Positions 1-11,647 of a DNA stretch of 64,000 bases are shown here, in pieces. The notes beneath the pieces are model-generated. The model was not told the DNA's origin, ran no database searches, and saw only the letters and a list, made by a program, of their open reading frames with translations. The DNA comes from Candidatus Binatia bacterium (GTDB lineage: Bacteria > Desulfobacterota > Binatia > UBA9968 > CAXXLF01), in assembly GCA_963664015.2 (NCBI GenBank), contig CAXXLF010000001.1, positions 1,184,001-1,248,000 of the forward strand, read 5' to 3'. The number at the start of each line of letters is the position of its first letter. Position 1 is the stretch's first letter. The position numbers and the translations under genes are program-made.

Positions 1-166
1 CCGTGATAATCCGCTGGCGGGCAAGCATCTTGGCGTGGGCGATGCTCCCGGCGATGTCGTGCCGGTAGAGCCTCTGATCGACGGCGATGGAGGAGGTAAA
101 AGACTCAACCGACGGCACGGTCCCTCCCTTAAAGCGCCCAGCCCAAAGTTTTTTTTCTCTTGCCAT
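1..166 (-). CDS. argH: argininosuccinate lyase, 5' part (runs off window)
   Basis: Hand translation [12 protein letters not shown]...[23 protein letters not shown]; directly downstream of argG. Confidence 0.93.
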   Translation of the reverse strand, partial: MAREKKLWAGRFKGGTVPSVESFTSSIAVDQRLYRHDIAGSIAHAKMLARQRIIT

Positions 167-174
167 GGGCAATC

Positions 175-1386
175 CTAACCCCCAACCCTCTTATTTTTCA
201 GGAGCCGCCGCAGTCTCAGGCGCAACGCATTGAGCCGGATAAACCCATCCGCATCTCCCTGGTGATAGACCCGGTCCTCTTCGAAGGTCGCCGTTTTAGG
301 ATCGTAAAGGGACCGATCCGATTGTCTCCCGGAAATCGTAACGCACCCCTTGTAAAGCTTGAGACGAACTCGGCCGGTAACGTTTTCTTGCGTAGCGTCG
401 ACGGTCTTCTGCAGCAACTCCCGTTCAGGGGAAAACCAGAATCCATAGTAGACCATCTCCGCGTACTTGGGGATCAGCGAATCCCTCAACCGCATCACCT
501 CCCGGTCCATGGTAATGGACTCCAATGCCCGATGGGCCTCATAGAGAAGCGTCCCACCGGGGGTTTCGTAGACACCCCGCGACTTCATCCCCACGTAGCG
601 GTTTTCTACGAGGTCCACCCGCCCAATCCCGTGTTTCGCGCCCAGGTCGTTCAGCCTGGAGAGAAGCCTGACGGGAGAGAGGGGCTTGCCGTTTACCGCC
701 ACAGGATCACCCCGCGAATAATCGATTTCAAGATATTCGGCGCGAGCGGGCGCCTTCTCAGCCGCTCGAGTCCACTGGAACATATCGGCCCGCGGTTCTT
801 TCCACGGGTCTTCCAAGATACCGCCTTCATAACTGATGTGGAAGATATTACGGTCCATGCTGTAAGGCTTCTTACGGCTTACCGGGACCGGAATCCCATA
901 TCGCCGGGCATAAGCCAACAGGGCGCTGCGGGAGTTCAAGTCCCATACACGCCATGGGGCGATCACCTTCACATTAGGCTTGAGGGCGTAATAGGTTAGC
1001 TCGAAGCGAACCTGGTCGTTTCCCTTCCCCGTGGCCCCATGGGCCACCGCATCGGCCTTTTCCCTTGCCGCGATCTCCATCTGGCGCTTGGCAATCAGGG
1101 GGCGAGCGATGGAGGTCCCCAACAGGTAAGTCCCCTCGTAAACCGCATTGGCGCGCATCATCAGGAAGATGTAGTTCCTGACAAAATCGTCTTTCAGGTC
1201 GTCGATGACGACTTTACTCGCGCCGGTTTGCAGGGCCTTGCGTCTAACCGCCTTTAAGTCCTCCCCTTGACCGAGATCGGCACAGTAGGCCACCACCTCA
1301 CACTGATATTGCTCCTTTATCCAGCGCAGGCACACGGACGTATCCAAGCCTCCTGAATAGGCCAGAACCACTTTCTTGACTTTCAT
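175..1386 (-). CDS. argG: argininosuccinate synthase
   Basis: [24 protein letters not shown] and [10 protein letters not shown] motifs; start MKVKK overlaps the argF stop (ATGA). Confidence 0.97.
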   Translation of the reverse strand: MKVKKVVLAYSGGLDTSVCLRWIKEQYQCEVVAYCADLGQGEDLKAVRRKALQTGASKVVIDDLKDDFVRNYIFLMMRANAVYEGTYLLGTSIARPLIAKRQMEIAAREKADAVAHGATGKGNDQVRFELTYYALKPNVKVIAPWRVWDLNSRSALLAYARRYGIPVPVSRKKPYSMDRNIFHISYEGGILEDPWKEPRADMFQWTRAAEKAPARAEYLEIDYSRGDPVAVNGKPLSPVRLLSRLNDLGAKHGIGRVDLVENRYVGMKSRGVYETPGGTLLYEAHRALESITMDREVMRLRDSLIPKYAEMVYYGFWFSPERELLQKTVDATQENVTGRVRLKLYKGCVTISGRQSDRSLYDPKTATFEEDRVYHQGDADGFIRLNALRLRLRRLLKNKRVGG

Positions 1387-2309
1387 CTCGCTCCCTTCAT
1401 CTTTCCCGAGATCCACATCAGGATGGCCTTTTGCGCATGGAGACGGTTCTCAGCCTGATCGAAAACAACCGACTGGGGCCCTTCCAGGACTTCGTCGGTG
1501 ATCTCTTCACCCCGATGGGCGGGGAGGCAATGCATGACCACGGCCTTCGCATTCGCCAGGTTCAGGACGTCTTGGGTGATTCGATAATCCTGAAAGCTCC
1601 TGAGCCTCGACTCCCGCTCCGCTTCCTGTCCCATACTGGCCCAGACATCCGTATAGATCACATCGGCGTTCTTAACGGCCTCGTCCACCCGATGAGTCAC
1701 CGTGATCCGGGCGCCATTCTGTTCGGCGATCCGTGTGACTTCCGAATCGGGACCGAAGCCCTCGGGGCAGGCAAGAGAGAACTCAAAGGGAATCTTCTCC
1801 GCTGCGCGCATCCATGAATGAACGATGTTGTTGCCGTCGCCGACAAAGGCGATCTTCAGCTTTTCCAAACTCCCCTTGTGCTCCATGAGGGTAAAACAAT
1901 CGGCCAAGACCTGGCAAGGGTGACAGAGATCGGTCAGGGCGTTGATCACGGGGACCGAGGAGTATCCGGCCACCTCCTCCAGCGTCTCCTGGGAAAAAGT
2001 CCGGACCACGATGAGATCCGTCCAGCGGCTCAAGACTCGAGCACAATCTCGGGGGCTCTCGCGTACCCCAAGCTGGATTTCTTCCGGACCTAAAAAGACC
2101 GTTCGGCCGCCAAGCTCCATCATGCCCACTTCAAAACTCACCCTCGTCCTTAGACTGGGCTTTTCGAAGACCAGAGCCATGGTCTTTCCCGCAAGTAACC
2201 GAGCGGCTCCCGGCTGCTGGCCGCGCTTGAGCCGTCGGGCAAGCGACAGGAGCTGCTCTATTTCCTTACGACTGAGGTCTTTTAGACTTAACAGATCTCT
2301 CTTTTTCAT
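1383..2309 (-). CDS. argF: ornithine carbamoyltransferase
   Basis: [18 protein letters not shown] and HCLP motifs. Confidence 0.96.
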   Translation of the reverse strand: MKKRDLLSLKDLSRKEIEQLLSLARRLKRGQQPGAARLLAGKTMALVFEKPSLRTRVSFEVGMMELGGRTVFLGPEEIQLGVRESPRDCARVLSRWTDLIVVRTFSQETLEEVAGYSSVPVINALTDLCHPCQVLADCFTLMEHKGSLEKLKIAFVGDGNNIVHSWMRAAEKIPFEFSLACPEGFGPDSEVTRIAEQNGARITVTHRVDEAVKNADVIYTDVWASMGQEAERESRLRSFQDYRITQDVLNLANAKAVVMHCLPAHRGEEITDEVLEGPQSVVFDQAENRLHAQKAILMWISGKMKGAR

Positions 2310-2331
2310 TGGTTATGTCGAAGCGAGCCTC

Positions 2332-3522
2332 CTACTGAAGGCTCATGACTTTTTCTAAGATAGCCAATCCCCTGGTGATGTGCGCTTTCTTCACCGTGAG
2401 AGGCGGGAGCATACGCAGCACGTTGTTGTGCCCAGCGCTGACAATCAGGAGACCTTCCTCCATACACTGGGCCACGATTTTACCGGCATCTCCCTCGATT
2501 TCCACGCCCAAGATCAACCCCTTGCCGCGAACGTCGCGAACAAATTCGAATCGCTTCTGGAGCGACCTGAGCCCCCGGGTCAGGAACTCTCCCATCTTTA
2601 CACAGTTGTCCAACAGGCGGTCCTGAAGAATCGTGCTGAGCACTGCGCTCCCCGCGACGCACACCAGCGGATTGCCTCCAAACGTCGACGCGTGGGTGCC
2701 GGGGCTAAAGCTCTGGGCCACCCTATCCTTCGCCAGCATCGCCCCAAGGGGCAGCCCACCCCCCAGTGCCTTGGCCAGAGTCATAATATCCGGTTCCACT
2801 CCATAGTGCTCATAGGCGAAGAGCTTGCCCGTACGGCCCATGCCGACCTGGACCTCATCGAAGATAAGCAGGACTCCCGTGGCGTCGCATAGCCGGCGCA
2901 GCCCCTGGAGGTATCCCTCAGGGGGGACGACCACTCCGCCTTCACCCTGTATGGGTTCGACCAAAATGGCAGCGGTTTTGGGACCAATAGCATCTTGTGC
3001 AGCTATCAGATCTCCGAAAGGGACTTGACGAAAACCCTCCGGTAACGGGTCGTATCCCAGGCGTACCTTTTCCTGGCCCGTAGCCGTCAGGGTTGCCAGG
3101 GTTCGGCCGTGGAAAGAGTTGTGCATGGAAATGATTTCGTACTTCCCGCCCTGGCGTTCCGAGCCATAGCGGCGCGCCAACTTGATGGCGGCCTCGTTGG
3201 CCTCAGCCCCGCTGTTACAAAAGAAGACGCGGTCGGCAAAAGAATGATGACACAGATCGCGGGCAAGCTCCGCCTGCGGACCGATGTGATAGAGATTGGA
3301 GACGTGGAGCAGAGATTTGAACTGCCTTTGGATGGCGCGAACCACCGCAGGATGGGCGTGTCCCAGGCTATTTACCGCAATGCCGGAAACAAAATCTAGA
3401 TACTCTTTGCCGTCGGCATCCCAAACTTTAACCCCTTTACCCCGGACCAAGGCAATGGGAAGGCGGGCGTAGGTTTGGGCCACATAGCAGCGGGTAAGCG
3501 CCTGGATCTCTTCGTTGTTCAT
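2332..3522 (-). CDS. argD: acetylornithine aminotransferase
   Basis: NSGAEANE, FHGRT, FDEVQVGMGRTG and AKALGGG (class III aminotransferase) in the arg operon. Confidence 0.95.
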   Translation of the reverse strand: MNNEEIQALTRCYVAQTYARLPIALVRGKGVKVWDADGKEYLDFVSGIAVNSLGHAHPAVVRAIQRQFKSLLHVSNLYHIGPQAELARDLCHHSFADRVFFCNSGAEANEAAIKLARRYGSERQGGKYEIISMHNSFHGRTLATLTATGQEKVRLGYDPLPEGFRQVPFGDLIAAQDAIGPKTAAILVEPIQGEGGVVVPPEGYLQGLRRLCDATGVLLIFDEVQVGMGRTGKLFAYEHYGVEPDIMTLAKALGGGLPLGAMLAKDRVAQSFSPGTHASTFGGNPLVCVAGSAVLSTILQDRLLDNCVKMGEFLTRGLRSLQKRFEFVRDVRGKGLILGVEIEGDAGKIVAQCMEEGLLIVSAGHNNVLRMLPPLTVKKAHITRGLAILEKVMSLQ

Positions 3523-3525
3523 CCC

Positions 3526-4407
3526 CTACTTCAGCACGACCTCAGTCCCGACTCCCTCCTGCGTGAAGATCTCCAACAATACGGCGTGTTTCACCCGCCC
3601 GTCGATGATGTGGGTCTTGGCCACCCCGCCTTCCAGGGCCTCGATGCAGCATTCCACCTTGGGAATCATCCCGGATCCGACAACCTCGTCCTGGATCATC
3701 TTGCGAGCCTGACCCACCTTGAGGGTGCTCATCAACTGGCCCTTTTTATTTTTGACCCCTTCTACATCGGTCAACAAAATAAGTTTTTCCGCCCCCAACG
3801 CCTCAGCGGTTTGCCCCGCTACCAGGTCCGCGTTGATATTGTATGTCTCGCCGTTCTCCCCGACCCCAACGGGGGCAATGACCGGGATGGATTTATTTTC
3901 GCCCAGCGTATTGATCAACGTAGGATTGATGGCGACGATCTCGCCCACCATGCCGATATCGATGATTTCGGGTTCCTTTTCATCCGAGGAAATGTAGACG
4001 TTCATTTTCCGAGCCAGGATCAGTCCCCCATCCTTGCCGCTGACCCCCACGGCCATCCCGCCGTGATAGTTGATGAGCCTAACGATCTCTTTGTTCACCT
4101 TTCCCACCAGCACCATCTCGACAACATCGATCGTCTCCGCATCAGTAACCCGCATGCCTCGTACGTAGCGGCTCGTCACACCCATCTTTTTTAGAGTCTC
4201 ATCGATCTGAGGCCCTCCCCCGTGAACCACCACAGGGTTGATGCCCACATACTTGAGGAGCACCATGTCCTGGGCAAAGCTGGCCTTGAGCCCCTCGTCC
4301 ACCATGGCAGAACCGCCGTACTTCACGACAAAAGTCTTGCCGTAAAATCGCCGGATGTAGGGGAGCGCCTCCATCAGGATTTCAGCCTTGCCAATAAAGT
4401 CTTCCAA
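3526..4407 (-). CDS. argB: acetylglutamate kinase
   Basis: [19 protein letters not shown] and GMIPK motifs. Confidence 0.96.
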   Translation of the reverse strand: MEDFIGKAEILMEALPYIRRFYGKTFVVKYGGSAMVDEGLKASFAQDMVLLKYVGINPVVVHGGGPQIDETLKKMGVTSRYVRGMRVTDAETIDVVEMVLVGKVNKEIVRLINYHGGMAVGVSGKDGGLILARKMNVYISSDEKEPEIIDIGMVGEIVAINPTLINTLGENKSIPVIAPVGVGENGETYNINADLVAGQTAEALGAEKLILLTDVEGVKNKKGQLMSTLKVGQARKMIQDEVVGSGMIPKVECCIEALEGGVAKTHIIDGRVKHAVLLEIFTQEGVGTEVVLK

Positions 4408-4484
4408 TGAACGCTGCTTTTCTTACGTGTTAGTATTCCTGTTTCCGCGGACTCCAGCGAAACCGAACCCGGGCAGGGCCAATC

Positions 4485-5876
4485 TCACAGGATATATCGG
4501 GAGAGGTCCTCGTCCTTCAAAATCGGGTTCAACCGATCCTGTACGTACTTGGCATCGATACTGATTTCTTTCCCCGGCATTTCCGGCGCCGAATAGGAGA
4601 TTTCATCTACCAGCCGCTCCATGATCGTATGGAGCCGGCGGGCGCCGATATTCTCCGCCCTCTCATTGACATGGGCCGCCATGCTGGCGATTTCTTCGAT
4701 CGCATCCTGACCGAAGGTGAGTTTCACGTTTTCGGTTTCCAGAAGGGCAACGTATTGGCGAATGAGCGCATTCTTTGGCTCCGTCAGTATCCGAACAAAG
4801 TCATCTTTGCCTAGCGAGTTGAGCTCCACACGAATGGGGAAGCGCCCCTGAAACTCGGGGATCAGGTCCGACGGCTTTGAACTGTGAAAGGCACCCGATG
4901 CAATGAACAGGATGTGATCCGTTCGCACGAGACCGAACTTGGTGTTCACCGACGAACCTTCGACAATGGGCAGCAGGTCCCTCTGCACACCCTCCCGTGA
5001 GACATCGGGACCCTGGGCGGACTCCCGTCCGGCAATCTTATCGATCTCATCGATGAAAACGATTCCCGACTGTTCCACCCGGCGCGTCGCTTCACCCGTG
5101 ACCATATCCATATCGACCAGTTTCGAGGCCTCTTCCTGACAGAGGATATCGAGGGCCTCGGGAACCTTGACGGTCTTTTTCTTGGTTTTATTTGGAAGGA
5201 GATTGGAGAACATCTCTTTCAGATTGGACTCCATTCCCTCCATTCCCTGGGGCGACATAACTTCGATCATGGGCATCGAAGTGCGTGTGATCTCGACCTC
5301 TACCGTACGGTCATCGAGCTTACCCTCCCGCAGCATCTTCTTGAGCTTGGCCCTTGTCCCCTGCCCAGCCGCCTCCTCTTCCTGTACCCCAGGTTTTGCC
5401 GTGGGTGCGGCCGGAAGCAGGATATCCAGGATCCGCTCCTCCGCCAGCTCTCGAGCCTTGATCTCAACAGCTTGTTTCTCCTCTTCCTTGACCATGTTGA
5501 CCGCAAGTTCGGTAAGGTCGCGAATGATCGATTCCACGTCCCTCCCCACGTAGCCCACTTCCGTAAATTTGGAGGCCTCCACCTTGATGAAGGGGGCCTG
5601 GGCCAGCTTGGCCAAGCGGCGCGATATCTCCGTCTTGCCCACGCCCGTCGGTCCGATCATGATGATGTTCTTCGGGGCAATCTCATCGCGCAATTCATCG
5701 GGTACCCTCTGCCGGCGCCAGCGGTTTCTCAGGGCAATGGCCACGGCCCGCTTGGCATCCTTCTGCCCCACGATGTAACGGTCGAGTTCGGAGACGGTTT
5801 CCCGCGGTGTCATGACCGCAGCCGGGGCGGGCAGCGCCCGACCTCGAATCAATTTTTCTTGTTCTTCACTCTTCAT
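4485..5876 (-). CDS. hslU: HslUV protease ATPase subunit
   Basis: GPTGVGKTE Walker A, GYVG pore motif, [15 protein letters not shown]-terminal SRYIL. Confidence 0.97.
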   Translation of the reverse strand: MKSEEQEKLIRGRALPAPAAVMTPRETVSELDRYIVGQKDAKRAVAIALRNRWRRQRVPDELRDEIAPKNIIMIGPTGVGKTEISRRLAKLAQAPFIKVEASKFTEVGYVGRDVESIIRDLTELAVNMVKEEEKQAVEIKARELAEERILDILLPAAPTAKPGVQEEEAAGQGTRAKLKKMLREGKLDDRTVEVEITRTSMPMIEVMSPQGMEGMESNLKEMFSNLLPNKTKKKTVKVPEALDILCQEEASKLVDMDMVTGEATRRVEQSGIVFIDEIDKIAGRESAQGPDVSREGVQRDLLPIVEGSSVNTKFGLVRTDHILFIASGAFHSSKPSDLIPEFQGRFPIRVELNSLGKDDFVRILTEPKNALIRQYVALLETENVKLTFGQDAIEEIASMAAHVNERAENIGARRLHTIMERLVDEISYSAPEMPGKEISIDAKYVQDRLNPILKDEDLSRYIL

Positions 5877-5881
5877 GACCG

Positions 5882-6442
5882 CTAGGGCAGCTCTTCGATG
5901 GTAAAATGATCGTTCGTGTACACGCAGATCTGTGAAGCGACCTTCATGGCCTCCTCGGCGATCGCCCGTGGGTCCAGTTGGCTATGCTTGACCAGGACCC
6001 GTGCGGCGGCCAGCGCATAATTTCCGCCGGACCCGATGGCGATGAGTCCATCGTCGGGCTCCACCACATCACCCATTCCCGAGATCACCAATAGGCCTTC
6101 CGTATCGGCAACCACGAGCAGAGCTTCCAACCTCCTCAAGATGCGGTCCGTACGCCAGTCTTTGGCGAGTTCCACCGCGGCCCGTCTCAAATTGCCGTTG
6201 TACTGCTCGAGCTTGGCCTCGAACTTCTCGAACAGGGTAAACGCGTCAGCCGTCGCCCCGGCAAATCCTGCTATGACCTTGTCGTTGTAAAGCTTCCGCA
6301 CCTTGCGTGCGCTGTGCTTCATGACGGTTTGCCCCAGGCTCACCTGGCCGTCCCCGATGACGACCACCCGATCCGAATGGCGCAACCCCAATATGGTCGT
6401 TCCATGAAACGTCATTGAACTCTTTTCTTCACCGTCCATCAC
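5882..6442 (-). CDS. hslV: HslUV protease peptidase subunit
   Basis: HGTTI (N-terminal Thr nucleophile), GDGQVS, IGSGG; start may be the internal Met near 6415. Confidence 0.96.
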   Translation of the reverse strand: MMDGEEKSSMTFHGTTILGLRHSDRVVVIGDGQVSLGQTVMKHSARKVRKLYNDKVIAGFAGATADAFTLFEKFEAKLEQYNGNLRRAAVELAKDWRTDRILRRLEALLVVADTEGLLVISGMGDVVEPDDGLIAIGSGGNYALAAARVLVKHSQLDPRAIAEEAMKVASQICVYTNDHFTIEELP

Positions 6443-7350
6443 TGGGCTCGCGGATGGGCGCGGTCATAGACCGCCGAGAGATAATCCAGATTCACATGTG
6501 TGTAACGCTGCGTCGTCGAGAGGCTGGCGTGTCCCAGCATTTCCTGGATCACCCGTAGATCAGCACCACTGTTGAGCAGATGGGTAGCAAAGGTATGGCG
6601 CAGTCCATGGGGACCGATCCGTACCGGGATGCCTCTAATCCGCAGGTGTTTTTCCACGATCCGCGCTACGCTCCGCGTGGTGATCCTCTCACCGCGGCGG
6701 TTTAGAACAACAGGGGACTCCCCTTTGGCCGGCCGCTGCCATTTTCTCGACTGCTCCATCCCATAGTCCCACAGTACCTTCAGAGCGGCCGCTCCTATGG
6801 GAATGATTCGCTCTTTGGACCCCTTACCCGTAACTCTTATAACGCCCAACCGAAAATCGATATCGCTCCAGTTTAAAGCAACCAACTCGCTGACGCGTGC
6901 GCCGGTAGAGTAGAGCACCTCAAGGATCGCCCGGTCACGTATCTCCAGGATACCGCTTCCCTTCACTCCGTCCAGCAGCCGAAAGACATCGTCGACGGAG
7001 AGAAAGTTCACCAGCGGCTTGTCCTGTTTGGGGCTACCGAAGCTCACCAGGGGGTCCTTTTTCAGTACGCCTTCCCGGACCAGATAACGGAAAAACCCTT
7101 TCAACACCGCTAGCTTTCGTCCCATAGTGCTCTTCTGGCACACTCTAGCCAGAGAGCCGAGATAGGCACGGGTCAGGTTGGCATCGACCCTGCTGACAAG
7201 TCCATCCCCCGCTTCACCCTCGGATTCCAGGCTCTGTCGTACGAACCCGTGAAACTGCCGAAGATCGCTAAGATAGTTTCTCAGCGTATGAGGCGACAGA
7301 TTGCGCTCGTATTGCAGGTGATGGCCAAATTGCTTGATTAAATCTTCCAC
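6439..7350 (-). CDS. xerC: tyrosine recombinase XerC
   Basis: [40 protein letters not shown]; xerC-hslV-hslU synteny. Confidence 0.9.
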   Translation of the reverse strand: MEDLIKQFGHHLQYERNLSPHTLRNYLSDLRQFHGFVRQSLESEGEAGDGLVSRVDANLTRAYLGSLARVCQKSTMGRKLAVLKGFFRYLVREGVLKKDPLVSFGSPKQDKPLVNFLSVDDVFRLLDGVKGSGILEIRDRAILEVLYSTGARVSELVALNWSDIDFRLGVIRVTGKGSKERIIPIGAAALKVLWDYGMEQSRKWQRPAKGESPVVLNRRGERITTRSVARIVEKHLRIRGIPVRIGPHGLRHTFATHLLNSGADLRVIQEMLGHASLSTTQRYTHVNLDYLSAVYDRAHPRAQ

Positions 7351-7375
7351 GAGCTACTTTGCCTAAAAAGAACGT

Positions 7376-7403
7376 ATTCTAACATACCGTTACTACGTTA
7401 AAA
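7376..7403 (-). promoter_or_regulatory. extended -10 promoter candidate (TGtTAGAAT) for xerC-hslVU, overlapped by an imperfect palindrome
   Basis: Minus strand reads gtaTGtTAGAATacg; arms ttctaacatac / ctacgttaaaa. Confidence 0.4.
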
Positions 7404-7591
7404 TACAACCTCTGGGCGGGGAAGGCGGTGTTCACGAAATACCCGCCCGCGGTAGATTTCCCATGTCCTCCCACGCCCCTCACCCGCTTCGGCAACTCAA
7501 CCCAGTTCATGGGAATACGAGGCATTCAGTCCCCTCTGGTGCACCATGGGAGAGCTTGCCTACCTTGGGCCTTTGCTGCATATTAAATAGT

Positions 7592-8605
7592 ATGTTGGTG
7601 GACACTCTCAAGAGAACAGCGAAGGATCTCAGGATCTCGGTCACCGACCGGTGTAATTTTCGCTGCACTTACTGCATGCCTTTCGACGAATACACCTGGA
7701 TCGACAAGCAAGAGATCCTTTCCTTCGAGGAAATTACCCGGCTTGCCAGCATGTTCGTACGCCTTGGGGTCGAAAAGATCCGGATCACAGGGGGAGAGCC
7801 CCTGGTACGCCCGGGCATCGAAGGGCTCATTTGCAAGCTCGCGGCTGTCGATGGGATCAAGGACATCTCGCTGACGACCAATGGCTCCCTGCTCGCTGAA
7901 AAGGCGGTTACGCTCAAATCCGCCGGCCTGAAGCGGATCAACATCAGTATTGACACCCTGAACCCTGAAAAGTTCAAACGCATGACCAAACGAGGCGATC
8001 TTGCAAAGGTCTTGGAGGGCGTGCGTATGGCTCGGACCGCCGGCCTTAACCCCATCAAGATCAATGCGGTCATTGAGCGGGGAGTGAATGAAGAAGACAT
8101 CATTGAGCTGGTAGAGTTCGCCAGGGAATATGGATTCGAACTCCGTTTCATAGAGTACATGGACGTGGGCAACTCCAACCATTGGGCCTCTACAAAGATG
8201 GTCTCGAAGAAGGAGATCCTCGAGAGAATCCAAGGGCGCTACCCGCTTAGGGAGGTGGGCCGAAACGACGGTGATGCTCCCTCGGTGGACTACGAGTATC
8301 TCGATGGCCGGGGGCGCATTGGCGTCATCGCCTCGGTAACCGAGCCCTTCTGCTCCACCTGTTCCCGGGCCAGGCTGACGGCGGATGGGAAGCTGGTCAC
8401 TTGCCTATTTTCCCAGACCGGACATGACCTCAAGATTCTCCTTAGAAACGGGTCCACAGATGAGGAGATTCTGGAGTTTGTAACTAACATCTGGAGACTA
8501 AGAAGCGACCGCTATTCGGACGATCGACTAAAGGAGCTTCTCTCTTCGTCCGGTTATGATCCGACACGACATAAAAAGATTGAGATGATCACCCTGGGGG
8601 GCTAG
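7592..8605 (+). CDS. moaA: GTP 3',8-cyclase
   Basis: LRISVTDRCNFRCTYCMP, FCSTCSRARL, C-terminal GG; start set at MLVDT rather than the ORF-track 7463. Confidence 0.95.
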   Translation: MLVDTLKRTAKDLRISVTDRCNFRCTYCMPFDEYTWIDKQEILSFEEITRLASMFVRLGVEKIRITGGEPLVRPGIEGLICKLAAVDGIKDISLTTNGSLLAEKAVTLKSAGLKRINISIDTLNPEKFKRMTKRGDLAKVLEGVRMARTAGLNPIKINAVIERGVNEEDIIELVEFAREYGFELRFIEYMDVGNSNHWASTKMVSKKEILERIQGRYPLREVGRNDGDAPSVDYEYLDGRGRIGVIASVTEPFCSTCSRARLTADGKLVTCLFSQTGHDLKILLRNGSTDEEILEFVTNIWRLRSDRYSDDRLKELLSSSGYDPTRHKKIEMITLGG

Positions 8606-8723
8606 CCCTGCCCAATAGAGGACTTCCCCGATCCGACCGATTCAATCCATCATTTCAAACCGTTCGATGACCTGGACAACCCAGCGGCGCCTGTTTTATG
8701 ATAGGGCTTAGGGAGGAATAACC

Positions 8724-9713
8724 ATGCTCAAGATCGTCTCTGTCGAAGAGGCCGTAGGAATGACCCTAGCCCATGACCTTACCGAAATTATTCCCGGCAA
8801 GCACAAAGGACCGGCCTTTCGACGCGGGCATGTGATCGAGGAGAAAGACGTCCCCAGACTGCTCAACATGGGGAAAGCGCACATTTACATAATCGACCTG
8901 GAGGATGGGGAGGTGCACGAAGAGGACGCCGCACGCAGGCTGGCCGAAGCCGCGGCCGGCCCTCACATCACCCTCACCGATCCTAGTGAAGGCAGGGTGA
9001 ACCTGGTCGCCGAAATCCCAGGGGTGCTCAAGGTCGACGAGGGGCTTCTCTACCGCTTCAACGCCCTGGGCGATATAATCCTGGCCACACTGCCGGCCAA
9101 CGAGTACGTGAACAAGGGTACCGTGGTAGCCGGAACCCGCACCATTCCCATCCTGGTCCCGGAGGAGCTGCTCCACAGGGCCGAGACCATCTGTAAATTC
9201 AAGCCCATCGCGACGATCCTCCCCATCGAACCCAGACGGGTCCACCTGATCGTAACCGGTAGCGAGGTCTTTACCGGCCGGATCAAGGACGGCTTCGAGC
9301 CCGTGGTACGAAAGAAGTTAGAGGCCCTGGGGTGTGGTCTGGAGGAGGTCAAACTGGCCCCCGACGATCCCAAAAAAATTGCCAACCATATTAAAGACTC
9401 GTACCAGGCCGGCGCCGAATTGATCATGATCAGTGGCGGCATGTCGGTGGACCCCGACGATCAGACACCCGAGGGGATTCGCGAGAGCGGGGCCCATATC
9501 GAGTGCCACGGCTTCCCGGTTCTACCCGGTTCCATGTTCCTCCTGGGTAACCTGCAAAACACGCCGATCCTGGGACTTTCCGGCTGCGTGCTGCACGACC
9601 CCATAAGTTCCCTCGATGTCTTACTCCCACGCCTTCTCGCCGGAGAGAGACTGTCGCGCACGGATGTCCTTTCCCTCGCACTGGGCGGCCTGCAGAAAAA
9701 GCACGATCACTGA
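8724..9713 (+). CDS. molybdopterin-binding (MoeA/MoCF biosynthesis-like) protein
   Basis: HDLTEIIPG, VTGSE, GGMSVDPDD and PVLPGSM motifs; adjacent to moaA. Confidence 0.85.
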   Translation: MLKIVSVEEAVGMTLAHDLTEIIPGKHKGPAFRRGHVIEEKDVPRLLNMGKAHIYIIDLEDGEVHEEDAARRLAEAAAGPHITLTDPSEGRVNLVAEIPGVLKVDEGLLYRFNALGDIILATLPANEYVNKGTVVAGTRTIPILVPEELLHRAETICKFKPIATILPIEPRRVHLIVTGSEVFTGRIKDGFEPVVRKKLEALGCGLEEVKLAPDDPKKIANHIKDSYQAGAELIMISGGMSVDPDDQTPEGIRESGAHIECHGFPVLPGSMFLLGNLQNTPILGLSGCVLHDPISSLDVLLPRLLAGERLSRTDVLSLALGGLQKKHDH

Positions 9714-9720
9714 GCCTTGT

Positions 9721-10209
9721 TTAACGGGGGTCGAATCTCACCAACTGTGGTTGAAGAATTGGAACCCTCCCAGTGGCCCGAGATAGAGATACCCCCCCTT
9801 CTTGTTGGGCCGGCTTGATACCGACTTCCCAACCGCCATACCAGGCTAAAGACTGCCTCGTAAGCTTGATCGGTCCCAATGGCCCGTCGGGCTTTAAGGG
9901 CACCCTCTTCCACACCACTCTTCTCTTCCCGAACTTTTTTTCAAAAATCAGCATACTTGAATCTTTTTTCTCCGTTAATCGAGATTCCAACACGCATACC
10001 GTCCGACCGAACCGGGTGAGTCGAATCTCCGAGTAAAGGGAGAGTGGATCGCTCTCTCCCTTGTATTCTTTTGAATAGTACGGCCCGTCGTCGACAAAGG
10101 TAACCGCCCAAGGCTCCACCAGGTAATAATTCCCTGCGATGAACCCCAAGATCGCGAGAACGATGAGGCCCGGTTTGATCTTCCTAAAAGAGATTAAACG
10201 AATCGACAT
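9721..10209 (-). CDS. hypothetical membrane-anchored protein
   Basis: 162-aa ORF with an N-terminal hydrophobic helix; overlaps the upstream MAPEG gene end. Confidence 0.55.
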   Translation of the reverse strand: MSIRLISFRKIKPGLIVLAILGFIAGNYYLVEPWAVTFVDDGPYYSKEYKGESDPLSLYSEIRLTRFGRTVCVLESRLTEKKDSSMLIFEKKFGKRRVVWKRVPLKPDGPLGPIKLTRQSLAWYGGWEVGIKPAQQEGGVSLSRATGRVPILQPQLVRFDPR

Positions 10210-10582
10210 ACGGGACTAGCCGCCCAACGGAGGCGGAGACAATCACCGCGAATGTGACAATCATACCGGCCACCCGGAAAAGATGATTCTCCTTGAGTTG
10301 ACTCACCCCATAGGCATGCACCAACCGGCCGACTACCAGGACAGCGCACAGCAGATGGATCCTGCCGCGAGCGCCGCTCTGGACTTCGAAGAAGTAGATC
10401 AACAGAAGGGAAATGGGAACGTATTCAGCAAAGTTGGCATGAGCGCGGACACCTTTCATGAGCAGGAGCTGATCCCCGTGACCCAAAGGGACTTTAAACC
10501 TGAACCGCAGAAGGATTGTGCGCACCCTGAGAAACACAAGGACAAGGCCCAACACGGATGCGTATATCGGCGTGATCGGCAT
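10184..10582 (-). CDS. MAPEG family membrane protein (YecN-like)
   Basis: RAHANFAEYVP and GRLVHAYG motifs, hydrophobic helices. Confidence 0.88.
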   Translation of the reverse strand: MPITPIYASVLGLVLVFLRVRTILLRFRFKVPLGHGDQLLLMKGVRAHANFAEYVPISLLLIYFFEVQSGARGRIHLLCAVLVVGRLVHAYGVSQLKENHLFRVAGMIVTFAVIVSASVGRLVPYVDSFNLF

Positions 10583-10601
10583 CGGATCTCCTTCGCGAAC
10601 C

Positions 10602-11222
10602 TTACTTGAACAGGATGTTACGGCCGCCGAGAAAAAGCACCCAGACGCAGACCGTAAGCCAGTGGATTAGGACCGGAGCCCATAGGGACTTGGAATAAAT
10701 ATACGACAAACTGCATGCCACCCCCAGGCAAAAGACGATCATGAGAAAATAGGGATCGAGAAATATCCCCTGGGCACCCTTGTTGATCGTGAGCGCATTC
10801 AATGGATGCCATAGTGTGAACAGTGTCGAGCTCAATAGGGTTATAGAAAGAATGAACTTCCGCCCACGTTCTTTTGCACCGTTGGGAATCAATAGTCCGC
10901 GAAAGGAGGACTCTTCCAAAAACGCGGGAAAGACGAAAAGTGAGATCGGCAGGACAAAGGCAAGTCGGCCCTCTACCATGCCAGGCTCGAAATGACCCGA
11001 TTGAAAACCGACAAAGAAGGCAACGGCTCCGTATGCGGCCAAAAAACATAGAGAATAATTTAGGGGTCGGAGCGGTGATGTTCTGATTCCGGCAAGGTAA
11101 TTGTTTTCCAGGTACTCTACCGCTCTCTTATTTCTCGATAATCTTATCCACATAACTGCCAAGCCCAAGATAGCACGGCGGGTTGGGATCCCCATCGCAA
11201 CAGGCTGCTCCGACGAAATCAT
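10602..11222 (-). CDS. CPBP (Abi/CAAX protease-like) intramembrane metalloprotease
   Basis: EESSFRG, FTLWH and IHW motifs; start uncertain. Confidence 0.8.
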   Translation of the reverse strand: MISSEQPVAMGIPTRRAILGLAVMWIRLSRNKRAVEYLENNYLAGIRTSPLRPLNYSLCFLAAYGAVAFFVGFQSGHFEPGMVEGRLAFVLPISLFVFPAFLEESSFRGLLIPNGAKERGRKFILSITLLSSTLFTLWHPLNALTINKGAQGIFLDPYFLMIVFCLGVACSLSYIYSKSLWAPVLIHWLTVCVWVLFLGGRNILFK

Positions 11223-11647
11223 GCAGGGTTCGCCCCGTTGGGAACTGTTCGCAGATTCCTCGGTCTGGGCTGGCTATAAAGTAGCGACCCGCTTTCCCAT
11301 CGTGCCCCTCCATCAGAATCGTCTTACGGTACGAATCTAGAATTCGTTGGACCTCTTTCTCGGCCGTCCCCCGATAGGATTCAACGAATCCCCTGGGGTA
11401 GCGGTCCGCAAACTCTTTCAGCCTGGGTCTTTCTTCCGGGACAACGAGCTCACAGGCGTCAACTCGAATGGTTCTCTCTCACGGTCTCGAGATTGAGCAA
11501 TCGGCTGCTGCTTCAGCGGCCAGGAGCGACGACATGAATAGTGCGATGAGAATAGATACTTCCATGGAACGAAAACTCGAGCTTCGCGTTTCATCCCTGT
11601 CATGCAGAAGCATTAAGAAACTCCTCGCGACCCCTTTCTCCACGTCC

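Noticed and set aside
6439-7350. XerC as the integron integrase for the attC site
   Set aside because: No IntI-specific insertion is visible, it sits in the xerC-hslVU context, and it is 5 kb from the attC.
7376-7403. Chromosomal dif site
   Set aside because: The 5-bp spacer and weak arms do not fit; kept only as a possible binding site.
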